DNA of 64,000 bases, from the NCBI GenBank assembly GCA_001600815.1, contig BCKZ01000015.1, positions 496,001 through 560,000 of the forward strand, in the 5' to 3' direction. A program made the translations under genes and the position numbers. The stretch is from Alloascoidea hylecoeti (taxonomy: Eukaryota). The notes under the pieces are model-generated. The model had not been told where the DNA came from, made no database searches, and saw nothing but the letters and a program-made list of their open reading frames with translations. Below, piece after piece: positions 34,810 to 47,089 of this stretch (the first letter of the stretch is position 1; every line of letters starts with the position of its first letter).

Positions 34810-35486
34810 CTTCTAAATAGATCCCACTATATAAGATCTTATATACTTATCAGCGTCATCACACAAATACATATGTAACTTAATTATAAACTTTATTCTC
34901 AGAATTCAATTAAACTCCCATGACGTTTGTTTTAAATCTGTAGTGCGAATTCGAATGTAGTAGAGATACAAATTTTAAAAAATATTAAAGAAAGAATGCA
35001 ATATCAAAAGCTTAAGAAAGTATTAAACCAGCTGCAACTAGTTATTATCATATCAGAAAACCTTCATTTATAATCATACATATACATCTACTATAAAAAA
35101 AAAAAATAGCTACAACACCTAATATGTAGCTATAGATACATATGGTGATTTTCAGCCGTGCCTTAACGTTTGTTCTCCTTTTAATTTGCAATTATTAGCT
35201 GGAAATTGTGATCAAGTAAGTTTGTTGCAATTCTCATGTACAATACGGTGTAAGTTGAAAAATAAGCTTATTATATTATACATAAAAACTAAATAACAAT
35301 TAATCTTAATGATCATTATAAGTCTATAGCTAAGCTTGGGATATATAAACATATGCAAATAGGAAAATTATATTTTAAATGATGACAAAATAGAAATATA
35401 AAAATTCATGAAAAAAGTAGAGAAGAAGAAACTTCAACTGAAAATTAGGTTTCATAATTATTAATTAAAAAATTATCGTGATTTTT

Positions 35487-36608
35487 TTAAAGAGCCAAAA
35501 CACCGAAAATAAAAATAGCGATTGACCCCAAAAGCTTTCCAATTATATCGGTTCCTGCATATATGGCATTTGATGAGTTGGCTGTTGAAGCTACAGAAGC
35601 GGTGCTAGTAGAGCTTGAGCTTTTAGTTGAATTGGTAGAACTGCTGTTACTAGAAATATGTGCAACTTGATACACATAGTTGTTGAAAGCAACACTTGGA
35701 ATTTGTGATATAGAACTAGAGGTAACTGTTGCCTTCTCGATTGCTGTCTCGGTTGAGAGTAACGAGTCAGCTTCGTCTACTCTTCCATTGATACTACCAC
35801 CAACAGCTTCAATTGAAGACCATTCACCTGAAGTTCCGGTGTAAGCATATTCGGTACCTGTTGAATAATCTTGAACATTAATGGACTCCACGTAAAAGGA
35901 AAACGGAGCCTGTGTAAAGTCAGTTTCGCCACCTGCCCAACTGATAGTACCTTCGGAATTACTTGGATCACCACCAGCCCAACTTCCAATCTTAATGACG
36001 CTTGGTGTCTGAGGATAACCTTGTGGATTACTACTAGATAGAGTTCTGACAACATTTCCATCAATGGACCAAACAAGTTCATCCATCCCCCAATCAATGG
36101 TGTAGGTATGAAACTGGGATTGTGGAGCGGCAACTTCTACAAAGGTGCCTCTATCATAGTTACCAGCATAACCTTTAGAAAAATAGTTTGTTTGAACATG
36201 ACTGGTGTCGCCACCAAGCCACTCAAGATCAATTTCATCGCCATCATCACTCAGTAGAACAACGGATGAAACAATGCCAGTTCCCGGGGCAGCCTGTACA
36301 ACAGCTTCAATCTTACCAAACATAATATAAAACGAACTTTGGACGTAAGGATACTGATATCTCTGATTAATCGTAATTCCTAAACCTGTTTCAGATGAGT
36401 AGGTGTATTCCCCAGCAGATGTTTGAGGTGTGAAGTAGGAGGAACTACCAGCGGTAAAGTCAACATTGATGGAGGTCCCCAAAGCTGGAACAGCCGGACA
36501 AGAAGTTTCAGTGGGATTGCAGACGGCAGAGACCAAACTCAATTGAGAGAGACAGGCAGTTGCAATTGTAAGGTAACTGTTACTTAATTTAGTTGAGAAA
36601 TACATCAT
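35487..36608 (-). CDS. CRH-family GH16 transglycosylase (paralog 2, short Ser/Thr stalk)
   Basis: CNPT, DEIDLEWLGG, GTISWAGG and a GPI-type C-terminus. Confidence 0.92.
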   Translation of the reverse strand: MMYFSTKLSNSYLTIATACLSQLSLVSAVCNPTETSCPAVPALGTSINVDFTAGSSSYFTPQTSAGEYTYSSETGLGITINQRYQYPYVQSSFYIMFGKIEAVVQAAPGTGIVSSVVLLSDDGDEIDLEWLGGDTSHVQTNYFSKGYAGNYDRGTFVEVAAPQSQFHTYTIDWGMDELVWSIDGNVVRTLSSSNPQGYPQTPSVIKIGSWAGGDPSNSEGTISWAGGETDFTQAPFSFYVESINVQDYSTGTEYAYTGTSGEWSSIEAVGGSINGRVDEADSLLSTETAIEKATVTSSSISQIPSVAFNNYVYQVAHISSNSSSTNSTKSSSSTSTASVASTANSSNAIYAGTDIIGKLLGSIAIFIFGVLAL

Positions 36609-39221
36609 GGCAGATAAGATGTAGTGTGAATTATGAAGAAGAAATATTGAAAATGTTTTGGTTTATATATAAATCTCCACCCAACCCATAGCCAACCACC
36701 AGAGCCAGCCATGCATTGAATGATGTCAGTGACTGTGAATATAGAATATAAAGTATCAAAATATATTTAATATTGCAGGATTTTGCTGTTGGGCCACTGT
36801 AGGTATTATTGGCTCTCGTATATTATTAGCATGTACGAAGTAAATAAGTGGCTGTCTGTAGACAAAATTAACATCGCAACTACATGTTATTGGCTGACTT
36901 ATAATTAAGCTTGTTACGTTACACCGAGTCACCGACATTAACTGCATTATTAACATTAATTAATATTTTTTACAGGAAGAAAGGCTTAATCCGATACCCG
37001 TTTTGATAAAAATAGCACAACCAAGTTGATCATGATTCATGAACCAGCGGTTTTTCTCTCCAACCGAGATTTTATTCAGTCTTTAAAATTTATCCTGTAC
37101 ACGAAAATTTATAAATTATATAACATAATTACTTGTAGTGTTATTGTAATCGATCTATCATTGCAATTGATTATCAACCATCTGAAATCTACACAGAAAT
37201 TGCTGACTGATGATTAATCACTAGTACCACATTTATAATTAACAATGTTATAACTTATATCTACCAGAGATCTATTTAGTGTATTTTTAGGCTGGCAGTT
37301 AATTAGAATAATATACTGATGTATGGCTATGGCAATATTACATGCACCTGCCACCTACGTATAATAATAATAAAAATATGCATTAAACCTGGGTAGTTAC
37401 TTATACGTATAAACTTATAAAGCCTTATAACTAGTATACTATACTACTACTATTACCGGTCTACAGTATTATACATAGGTTGATTTGGTTATATAATATA
37501 TTTAGTACTCTAGAATCTACATCTAGATTTGTAGATCTGGTTTAATATCACAGTTATTAATAATAATCTTCACCACAAACTTTAATTTTGTAGCACAATA
37601 AATTATGATCTATGTTGACGTGTGACCTTAATAAATAATTGAGTACTACTAGAAAGAGTTAAAATCTAAACATATGACCATAAGGTCATAATTATGATCG
37701 AGTTGATTATATTGGAATTAATATGTGGAATGATAGTGAAGGAAGGATTAAATATCCTAAGTGATTACTGTTGATTACACAATAGAAGAATTGTTGTCGA
37801 AGAAAAGGTTCATATTGCGACCGACTTACAATCTCGTATTTATACGGTTATATACGGACTAATTCTAGTAAATTAATACAGTCTTAATTTCGACGACCTT
37901 TAAAACTAATTATTCGGCCATGAATGATTATCTACCGATTTCCCATCTTCCTCCAATCACTTTTTCTATATTATAGAAATATTATGTAGATGGATCGAGC
38001 TTTTAGTATAGATTCTATAGAAACGCATTAATGGCTAAATCAGTGAATGGTAACCGATAATTATTCATCAACATGGTCGATAAATTCATAGATATGGCCC
38101 AATGATTAGTTCATAAGGTTGCCGAAATTAAATGAGATGACGTCAATTTGTTTTTAAACAACGCGTCAACTTTTGGCGGTCCAGGACTATGCATGCAACT
38201 GTAAAGACTACGCTATGAGGAAATATATCTATATATGAAGATGCATGTATGCACCCGGATAAGTAAGTTATATTGCTTTTATGGTCACATTTTTCGCGAG
38301 GTCCTGAAATTTTTGATTTTCTCAAAATTTGTTCATTTTCAGCGCGTACGTACCATAACCTAGTAATTTCTTTTTATAATTATTTAAAGTTTAATATTTA
38401 TATAATCAATTAGTATTGTTATAACTTAGCTTTACCTTTATAATGTTGTAATATATTTAATATGATATGGTACATCTAACATTATGATGTATTATAAATT
38501 ATAATTACTTATATAATAATTAATGTTGGAAAGCTAAGTAGTGTTATATAGGCCTATTGTTTAAACTGGTGTTTTTGTAATTGATATACCGGTATATATT
38601 TGTATTGAATATTAAGCCGATCGCGAAGATTTTATTTACGTTTAAATTTTATCTCTTATTTTTTTTCTTGCATATGTAATAATAATCATTAAAAATTTGA
38701 ATATCCAGATTTTAGTTCTTCTACAAGCTATAAGCTTAATTATAGGCATGTAATTGGTAGGTACGCAATTACTAGCTATGATTGAAAGTTTTTCCCTGTT
38801 AAAATGAAGCAAATTTGATTTAAAATTTTAATTTAAACTTGTAAGCTGTATTCAAATTTCTAATTAGTTGATGAATATCACAATTGATATTGTAACTGGC
38901 TATAGCTATTTGGCTATTATATCACGGTCGTAATTCATGAATCTACAAATACAAATACTGCAATATTGGTACACTTGCTCCCCAAAATTTCAACGTTCAA
39001 ACAATAATATTCTCATGATTACAAATTCATAAAATACATAAGCCTGGTACTTACCATGAATAATGTTTTTTACGTGAATGAATATCCATATATGCAACTG
39101 TAGCTGTATATCTTTACGTAAATCAATCATCATAATATTTCAAATATATTATATAAGTATATTTCTATATATATATATATTCTTAAGTGCCATGATCATT
39201 ATCATGAATCTTCATTTTATT

Positions 39222-40475
39222 CTAAATAAAAAGTAACCCAACCATAAACGTAAATAACGAAACAAATAATTCTAAACCTGAAATTTCAACACGTAGAATT
39301 TCAGCCCCACCTGATGAAATTTCAGCAGTTACAGAAGAAGACAGAGACGAACTTGATGAAGATCCTGAAGAAATATCATAATTTTGGACCGCCGTTGTAG
39401 TGCCTGTGGTTGTAGCTGATTCTGCCTTTGAACTTGATATAATTGCTGACGCAGTAGTTAAAGCTGAACTAGATTCCAAAGACGTCGTAACTTCTGAACT
39501 TGAAGATTTAGTGACAGAAGATTTTGTAGTAGCACTGGAAGATTTTGCAGTGGCACTAGATTCCGTGGTAGCACTAGATTTCACGGTAGAACTAGAAGAT
39601 TCTTTAGTAGAACTCGACGACGAATCTGCAGATACTGTCGTAATATCGTCATCAGCAGAATCAACCCTTCCATTAATAGTTCCATCAACAGCCTCAATGG
39701 AAGTCCAATCACCGGAAGTATCTGTATATTTATATTCACTACCAGTAGAATAATCCTCAACAGTAATAGACTGAATGTACATGGTAAATGGAACATCATC
39801 ATAATCCGTTGACCCGCCCGCCCACTCAATAGTTCCTTCGGAATTACTAGAGTCACCTCCAGCCCAGATGCCAATTTCAACATATTGAGGAGATTGTGGA
39901 TAACCATCAGAACTTGTATTGTATAGTGTCCGAACCGCAGTTCCATCTATGTACCAAACTGTTTTGTCTATTGCCCAATCAATACTATAGGTATGGTATT
40001 CTGTTTGGGGTGATTCAACCGTATGATAAGCTCCTCTATCGTAAGAAGATGTATTCCCTTTTGAAAAGAAATTTGATTGAACTTGGGTTGTATCACCACC
40101 TAACCATTCAATATCAATTTCATCACCATCATCACTTTGAAGTATTACTGAAGAAACAATACCTGTACCAGAGGCAGCTTTAACAACAGCTTCAATCTTA
40201 CCATACATTATATAAAAATCACTTTTAACCGTTGGGTAGTCATACCTGGCTTCAATAGATAGGCATAAACCTGAACTGTTATAAGTATACTCACCATTAT
40301 CTGTCTGAGCTGTAAAGTATGAAGATTTTCCATCAGTGAAATCAACTTCTATTGACGTTGCTAACGCTGTATCTGCCGAGCATGTTGTTGTCTCTAGAGG
40401 ATCACAAGTAGCATAGACACCTATTGCGATAGTGCAAACAAAAACCACAAAAGTATGAGCAAAGTTTAAGCGCAT
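39222..40475 (-). CDS. CRH-family GH16 transglycosylase (paralog 3, acidic)
   Basis: CDPL, DEIDIEWLGG, GTIEWAGG, a Ser/Thr stalk and a hydrophobic tail. Confidence 0.92.
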   Translation of the reverse strand: MRLNFAHTFVVFVCTIAIGVYATCDPLETTTCSADTALATSIEVDFTDGKSSYFTAQTDNGEYTYNSSGLCLSIEARYDYPTVKSDFYIMYGKIEAVVKAASGTGIVSSVILQSDDGDEIDIEWLGGDTTQVQSNFFSKGNTSSYDRGAYHTVESPQTEYHTYSIDWAIDKTVWYIDGTAVRTLYNTSSDGYPQSPQYVEIGIWAGGDSSNSEGTIEWAGGSTDYDDVPFTMYIQSITVEDYSTGSEYKYTDTSGDWTSIEAVDGTINGRVDSADDDITTVSADSSSSSTKESSSSTVKSSATTESSATAKSSSATTKSSVTKSSSSEVTTSLESSSALTTASAIISSSKAESATTTGTTTAVQNYDISSGSSSSSSLSSSVTAEISSGGAEILRVEISGLELFVSLFTFMVGLLFI

Positions 40476-41354
40476 TGTGAGACTATTGAGCTATAATATA
40501 CTATAGAACAAAATATTGTAAAAGAAAAGAAGATGATACCGTTGTATTGAATGCGTTTTTATACCCGCATATAACCCGGCAATATTTTATCTTTCCAAGC
40601 CACCATGTCAGATCAACAAATACCTTTATTTATATAGGCCTATATATTTCTGGAACCAAACGGAATCAAATGTTCTGAGTAAGGCTTATCGGATTATAAT
40701 TAATATTGTGCTTGAGAATCATGGTCTTGACTATTTGAAACTTTCTCTTGATTCAAGATGTCTTATAATCGGTAATTTCTAGCAATTTTTTCTACGTTGT
40801 TGTTCGAATATGAAAGCATATTGTATATATTGCTGGATAATTAACAGTGAGCGGAAGCTGGACTTTGACTGTATTAGTATATAGGAATTTCGAAGCAAAT
40901 AGCAGGCTGTGTACCTAAGCCACCATCAATATACCAAAGTTACCGCGGTAATCGTACCAGCTGAGTAATGAATCAATGTATAGCTATAGCTATAGTATAG
41001 TATAGTATAATTTTTAAACCCTTTTTCACATTTGACACAAGTATCAGCACTGTCTTATAAGTAAAACCACATTGTAGTTTCAGTTTATTTTGGGCTTGAT
41101 TAAGTTTAAGACACATAAAAAGAGCAAGACAGAATTTTTAGTTGATTTATAATAAGACTCTAGAGCATCACTTAGTTGATCCACAAAATAGAGCAATATA
41201 AGATAAGGGGAAAATCATATTATTAAATTTGTTTATTATTATTAGCTTTAATATCCAAGAGTTTCAATTGCTATGCATACCAATTGTCAAACATAACATT
41301 TATAGCTGGTTCTACTACAATCGACACATTAATAATATTACTTGTGCAATTGCA

Positions 41355-41918
41355 TCACGTTTTTCCATTTTTGCGATTCCTTCGAAAGGGAGGTACATAA
41401 ACCCCACCAACAGAAACAACTGGTATTAAGTCTTGCTTATCTTCGGATTTCTTAGGATGTATTTCTGGATTTGAAGCTTTCTTGTAGTTAGATTTAATCG
41501 ACAAATTTGATAGAGCCTCCGATAAACCTGAATCATCCTTTATGACACTCTCCTTCTTAGATGACTTTGGTTGCGTTTTTGTAGAATTTCTGGTATGTGA
41601 AATATCATTGAATATTGAGTTATGATTAGTATCCACGAGATTTAGATTTGAGTTACTTGAATTATCCAATTCATTGAACCTATGCTTAGGTATAGATGAT
41701 TCCTTTTTGCTTTCTTCCTTCCTCTTTCTCCTTCTTTCTCTTGCCTCCCTAACATCATATCGGACTTGGTCTTCAGGCGGAATATAACCAGGTCTAACTT
41801 TTACCACTTTTCTTACAGAGCCATCTGACCTTATAGTTCCACCAGTCTTTCTGATACCATCACTATCTACGTATATCCCAGAGGCTGTAATTTCATTCCC
41901 ATGAACAGTTGAGGACAT
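41355..41918 (-). CDS. PYM/WIBG (partner of Y14-Mago) family protein
   Basis: Mago-binding N-terminal motif IRSDGSVRKVVKVRPGYIPPED; ATG at 41918. Confidence 0.82.
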   Translation of the reverse strand: MSSTVHGNEITASGIYVDSDGIRKTGGTIRSDGSVRKVVKVRPGYIPPEDQVRYDVREARERRRKRKEESKKESSIPKHRFNELDNSSNSNLNLVDTNHNSIFNDISHTRNSTKTQPKSSKKESVIKDDSGLSEALSNLSIKSNYKKASNPEIHPKKSEDKQDLIPVVSVGGVYVPPFRRNRKNGKT

Positions 41919-41973
41919 GCTAACTATATCGATGATCAAGCTAAAAAATGAAGAGTGAAAGAGGGTTTTTTCA

Positions 41974-42056
41974 TCACGTGAATAATGCTTATTCAGCTCT
42001 AGTTACCCGGACGGTCAGCTTTCCTATTGAGATTTCTCTATATTCAGCCAATCAGA
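41974..42056. promoter_or_regulatory. Bidirectional PYM/QCR9 promoter motifs
   Basis: TCACGTGA (Cbf1-type) at 41974, TTACCCGG (Reb1-type) at 42003, and AGCCAATCAG (Hap CCAAT box) at ~42047, upstream of a respiratory gene. Confidence 0.6.
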
Positions 42057-42139
42057 AAACCACAAAACAACAGTTACACATCTTCACCTTCAAATCTGTT
42101 TGAATCTTTTTTCAAGAAAATTCACACCAGTAATTAAAA

Positions 42140-42570
42140 ATGGTAAGCGGTCCAACAGCCTGAAATTGTTAGCTTTCACCACCATAACAACTCAGCAAAC
42201 CATTTTCTAGTTTGGTACCCTTATTTAGATAAAATGGTCACTAACTTGATTACTAGGCCTTTGCTACAACTATCTACAACACCTTTTTCAAGAGAAATTC
42301 TATCTTTGTTGCCACAATCTTCGGTGGTGCCTTTGCATTTGGAGGGTACGCCATCAGTTATATTCCATTATTTGACCTGATCTAACGTATTCTATAGTTT
42401 CTTCGATGTTGCTGTTTCTAAATGGTGGGATCAACACAATCAAGGTGTAAGCAATTTTTAAATTTATACACCTATGCCGAGAATATATATTAACTGATGT
42501 TTAGAAATTATGGAAAGATATTAAAGGAAAATATGTCCAAGCCGGAGACGATGATGAAGATGACGAGTAA
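42140..42570 (+). CDS. QCR9: Cytochrome bc1 subunit Qcr9; introns 42143-42256, 42346-42397, 42447-42504
   Basis: Spliced: M|AFATTIYNTFFKRNSIFVATIFGGAFAFGG|FFDVAVSKWWDQHNQG|KLWKDIKGKYVQAGDDDEDDE. Absent from the ORF track. Confidence 0.93.
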
Positions 42571-43203
42571 ACTTCCCACTCAATAATTTTAAAAGCTATT
42601 CTGTAAAGTGATTAAAACAACACTAGTCAACAACAAATAAATAATTATGATACATGTTATCTCGATATATATCTAAAAATATCGCTAGCTATATTATACA
42701 ATATTAATAGGTTTAATGGGCAACTAGGAATTTTCTTCAAAAATCGATAGTCATTTTATACATAATTTTTATGAACTCATATTACAACTAAAAATAAATT
42801 AGAATTCATGAAGATAATTAATTAAATGGTTAGACTTGGATCACCATCTCAACTTCATTTAACTTGATACTAGTAGATTGGAGTTTAAAAAATACATAGA
42901 AACTGTAAAGTATTATGTACAATTCTCTATTTTCCAAAGAGTATTGGCTTGTGAAAGTACTATACTCATACTGTAAGAAGCAGATTACGATTCGGGGAAT
43001 TAAAAGATAGTAAACATTTACTACACCCCCACCATATCGCTATCTATCATTTTAAACATTTACAAGCTCACATGAAATATCCAATTAATTGTTGTTTTGA
43101 ACAAATGCATTAACATATGTAGGCTAAAGAGTAATAATACAGCTGATCAGATTTTGTAGGTAAAAAGTTCGGAATTAATATTATATTTGTGGTTTTAAGT
43201 TGT

Positions 43204-43750
43204 TTAATCAAATAAACCGAATCCTATAAAAAATATGTTAGTTGTTGCTGGCCAATTATAGAATTGAATCTTCTTAAGCAATAATAACATACCCATATCA
43301 TCATCTGATTCTTCTGCTTCAGATTCAGCCTTTTCTTCCTCAGCAGCTTCTTCAGCACCACCTTCAGTAGCGGCAGCACCACCAGCGGCAGCACCACCGG
43401 TTGGAACAGAGGAGAGTTTCACATTACCTTCAGCAATGAGTTCCTCAGCTGATTTACCTTCAACTTCAGAGATTAAAGTCTTGAGTTTCTCATCTTCAAC
43501 TTCGATACCGACGGCCTTGAGGACCTTTGAGACATCGGCAGATGATGGAGTGGTGTTACCAGCAGCAACAAGTAAAAGGTAAGCAGCAATGTATTTCACT
43601 GAAAAATATAGGTTAGATACCAAATAATCGAATTTGTAAGAAACATATAAGAATAGATTCAATTTGACCATATATCCAAAATCGTGAATATTTCCTATGA
43701 ATAGCCAAACTGTTCACACTTAGGTCCATCGATGATTATTTCCACATACT
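43204..43750 (-). CDS. RPP2: 60S acidic ribosomal protein P2; introns 43599-43749, 43224-43292
   Basis: [38 protein letters not shown] after splicing. The start codon is formed as A|TG. Confidence 0.95.
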
Positions 43751-44910
43751 TTTTGTTATTTTGAGTTACCGATGTTTAATGATTTGGAGATTGACTTGAG
43801 TTTGGTTTGAAGGTTTGGTTAGATTCTATAATTGATGTTCTGATATTTACGCTGCGTTTGAAACTCCACTTTCCATTATTCTCTTTGATTGGCTATTTTA
43901 ATGCTTTAAATATTGTTATACCAAGTATTCTATATTATTATTATTAAAATTTAAGCTATTTAAGCCCCTTTCCTTCAATTATTTGCCCATTAAATGAATT
44001 CTTGACTCTTTGATGTAGGCATAAAAGCAGTCACGCTGGTCCAAAAGAGAAACTAACAGCGTAAATTTCAGAACCCTCATATCTTAAAGAAATTAAAGCC
44101 CTAAATCTACAACCTTGAAATGAAATATTATTATTAAATTTCTTATCCAATTCAATTTCAAAGATATTAATATTAATATTACTTACGATATCGTTTATCA
44201 CTAAGATTTAAAGAAAAAAATGTATTGAGAAACCTAATTACCAAGTATATTTATTTAATCTAATTATTATTACATAGCTGTGTGTGTATTGCTCGCCTTT
44301 GTCACGGTTTAAAACACCATTAATATTGTACATGTAAATATAGCCTGTCTATAAGCTTATACGTATGGATCTTCATTGATATTAACCGGTATTGATTATC
44401 AATTGCAATCTTATAATTCCCGTAAAGTAGCTAGAACTATAAATCAACATCTTCACAAGTATATTAAATAGAAAACAACAATATATATTTATTCATTAAA
44501 ATTCATTTTATTGTATGTATTTGAATAAAAAGAATATTAACAATAACAAACTAATTGAAAGGTTATGGCACCGATTCCAATGTTAGCATACGAAAAAATC
44601 CTGTGTATTGAGGGGGCATTAAGGTGAAGGTTATAATTATGTATAATTCAAAAAAATAAAGAATAATCAATAACATGCCATTAAATAAGGAAGTTGTCAT
44701 ATCTAAATATATGAAATCAAAAATGCTTCCAGCCATTTTAAACCCTTCATGCTAGAATTACACAAGTCAATAGCATTATATAAAAAGAAAGAAAAAGAAA
44801 AGAATAGAAAACATTACAGAAAGTAAAAAAAATACTTAAAATCAATCTGAGCATAATCCTTACAACAATTGATGATTCCCACATGCACCTAATATATCGT
44901 TATTGAGACC

Positions 44911-46263
44911 CTAAGGTAAATGAAAGGGCGGAAAATATTGGAAAGTTTGTTGTTTTTGTTTCTGTTGCTGTTGCTGTAATTGAAAATTCATTAATTTTAG
45001 ATCATCATCAGCCTCTTCTTCTGATAAAGGTTTCATTTCAGGTGGTAACGGAAATCCAAAATATTTCTGAAGTCCAACTAGATTAGAAATCTCATTATTT
45101 TGAAGTATTCGGTCTTCTATTTGTGATTCTCTATCTTTAGGAACACGAATTCCAATATCGGGCACAACAGAATCCATAGACCTTCGTTCTCTATTGACTT
45201 TGTACCAATTCTCGGTAGTGGTTGATAATAATTTCTCTCTAAAGTCTGCTTGATAATATAAGAATTGTTGGTGAATAGAAATGCGTCTTGCGACTGTTTG
45301 ATTGTCAATACACTGTAATTGATAACGTCGTTTCAACTTTAGTCTTTCTAGGTGATTTTGTAATCGTTCATTCGATGATTCACAGAAGGCAATCAACTCC
45401 GGATGTGTACCTTGCTTGCACATTTCCATTTCAGCATAAAGTCGCTGCAATTTATCATCATGAAGTTGATCTCTTAATTTTGCAAATTCAAGTTCAATAT
45501 TCTTAAGGTCTTCAATTGCGCTTTTACGTAATCGTTGGCGTTCCTGTTCTTCGGGATCAAGAACGTCATCTTTATCTTCATATATGGTACTATTTTTCTC
45601 ATCATCTTTATCAATTTCATCATTATCTTCATTGTCTGAAGTATCGTTCGTGAATGTCCCATTCTGGGGTTGTTTTGGTGAGGAGGTAGTTAAACTGCTT
45701 GCAGTTGAAGTATTGGATTTTCCATTTGTTTCTTTTTCCAAACCAAAATCATCTACATTTCCATTTGAAATTCCCATTTTATTATTAATATCACCAATTT
45801 TATTGTCATTTATTTTCAATTGCAAGGGATTTTCAGTAACACTCAGCTTGCGTTTTTTGATTATACCAGTGGAGATTGAGTTAGAAGATTTTCTTCTCTT
45901 TCCGGAATCATCCAAGTTTTTCAAGGGAACATTATCCAAATCTATACTGTTACTCGTTTCCAAAATTTTATTATGGAGATCGGAATGTGTACTATGTAAC
46001 TCATTCTCAATAACACTTGAATCAATCGGAGCGTTATCGTTCTTCACTGCAGTATTGTAAGCACACTCGGCATTAACCTTCGCACCACCATTTTTCGTAG
46101 GCACAGTACTTAGATTTTCATTTTCATCTGACGGCTTAGTTTCCATTGTATCAATAGATTTTTTTAAATCGGGGAAGATTTGATCAGTAGTAATAATTTC
46201 ACAACTGATGAGATCCTGGCTGGGTTGGTTCTCGATAGACATGGGCATTTGGGACAGACTCAT
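44911..46263 (-). CDS. DEP1: Sds3-domain Rpd3L subunit, Dep1-like
   Basis: RKSAIEDLKNIELEFAKLRDQL..GTHPEL..WYKVNRERRSMD..YFGFP, following a disordered N-terminus. Confidence 0.8.
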   Translation of the reverse strand: MSLSQMPMSIENQPSQDLISCEIITTDQIFPDLKKSIDTMETKPSDENENLSTVPTKNGGAKVNAECAYNTAVKNDNAPIDSSVIENELHSTHSDLHNKILETSNSIDLDNVPLKNLDDSGKRRKSSNSISTGIIKKRKLSVTENPLQLKINDNKIGDINNKMGISNGNVDDFGLEKETNGKSNTSTASSLTTSSPKQPQNGTFTNDTSDNEDNDEIDKDDEKNSTIYEDKDDVLDPEEQERQRLRKSAIEDLKNIELEFAKLRDQLHDDKLQRLYAEMEMCKQGTHPELIAFCESSNERLQNHLERLKLKRRYQLQCIDNQTVARRISIHQQFLYYQADFREKLLSTTTENWYKVNRERRSMDSVVPDIGIRVPKDRESQIEDRILQNNEISNLVGLQKYFGFPLPPEMKPLSEEEADDDLKLMNFQLQQQQQKQKQQTFQYFPPFHLP

Positions 46264-46993
46264 ATTTCGCGCCGTATGAATAATAACGCAGGCTTAAAAA
46301 TAATATAAAGGATATTTGTGATTTCTATAATAAAGTCAATAAAAGAAGTAAATATGACCGTTGAAAAGAGAAGAGGGAGTATTGGAGGCAGCCGTTGTTA
46401 ATATAAGAATATTATGTTGAACACCAGAACTTTATTTGACAATGGATGGAAGAAACTAAACAACAGGAAGATGGAGTTAGAGGCCCAGATCTGAATAAGG
46501 TAAACTGTCTGCAAAACAACTTAACAGTTGGAAACAAATGGAGCAACGTGGTGTTATTGGGGAGAGAGAAGAAAACAATTGTACTTGCCTTATATTTTTC
46601 TGTTGCTAAAAGGGTTTTCAAGATGCAAACCAAAAAAAGTCTTTTTTTTTTTCTTTGAACCTCACTAGTGAATTCGAGATAAACGTCTCGGGGGTGGGAG
46701 AATACAGCAGAATAAGTAATTAAAAGTGGTGAAGGAAAAAAGAGGGAATAAAATAGATAATAATATTCCTCGAATGATGTTTGTATCAAAATCCGCAAAA
46801 CTTCCGAAAAGGCTCAATAAACGGACAAAACTCAGGAGCAGCGTGAGAAACTTGTTTCGGATGTAGATCAGAGAAGTAAGCAGACGTGGCGGACAGTATT
46901 CAATTTAAAGTAACACTTGGTGTCTTTCTCATCACTTGTTTGAAAGAAAGCTTCGTTCTGTTTATCACCTCCCATTGGAACGAAACTTACGTC

Positions 46994-47056
46994 CACACGT
47001 GACACCACGTGAGATGCTATCGCTTAAATTTTCTTTTATTGAAAAGTTGAAAAATT
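46994..47056 (+). promoter_or_regulatory. Ribosome-biogenesis-type promoter of NOP12
   Basis: Two CACGTGA E-boxes, a PAC-like CTATCGC and an RRPE-like TGAAAAATT within 100 bp of the ATG. Confidence 0.55.
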
Positions 47057-47089
47057 AAAAATTAAATTTGAACATTATAAATCTTCATC

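Noticed and set aside
34681..34878. Poly-Leu ORF
   Set aside because: Artefact of the (TTA)n microsatellite.
46412..46798. 128-aa ORF upstream of DEP1
   Set aside because: It has a non-ATG start, compositional bias and no motifs; probably 5' UTR or promoter sequence.
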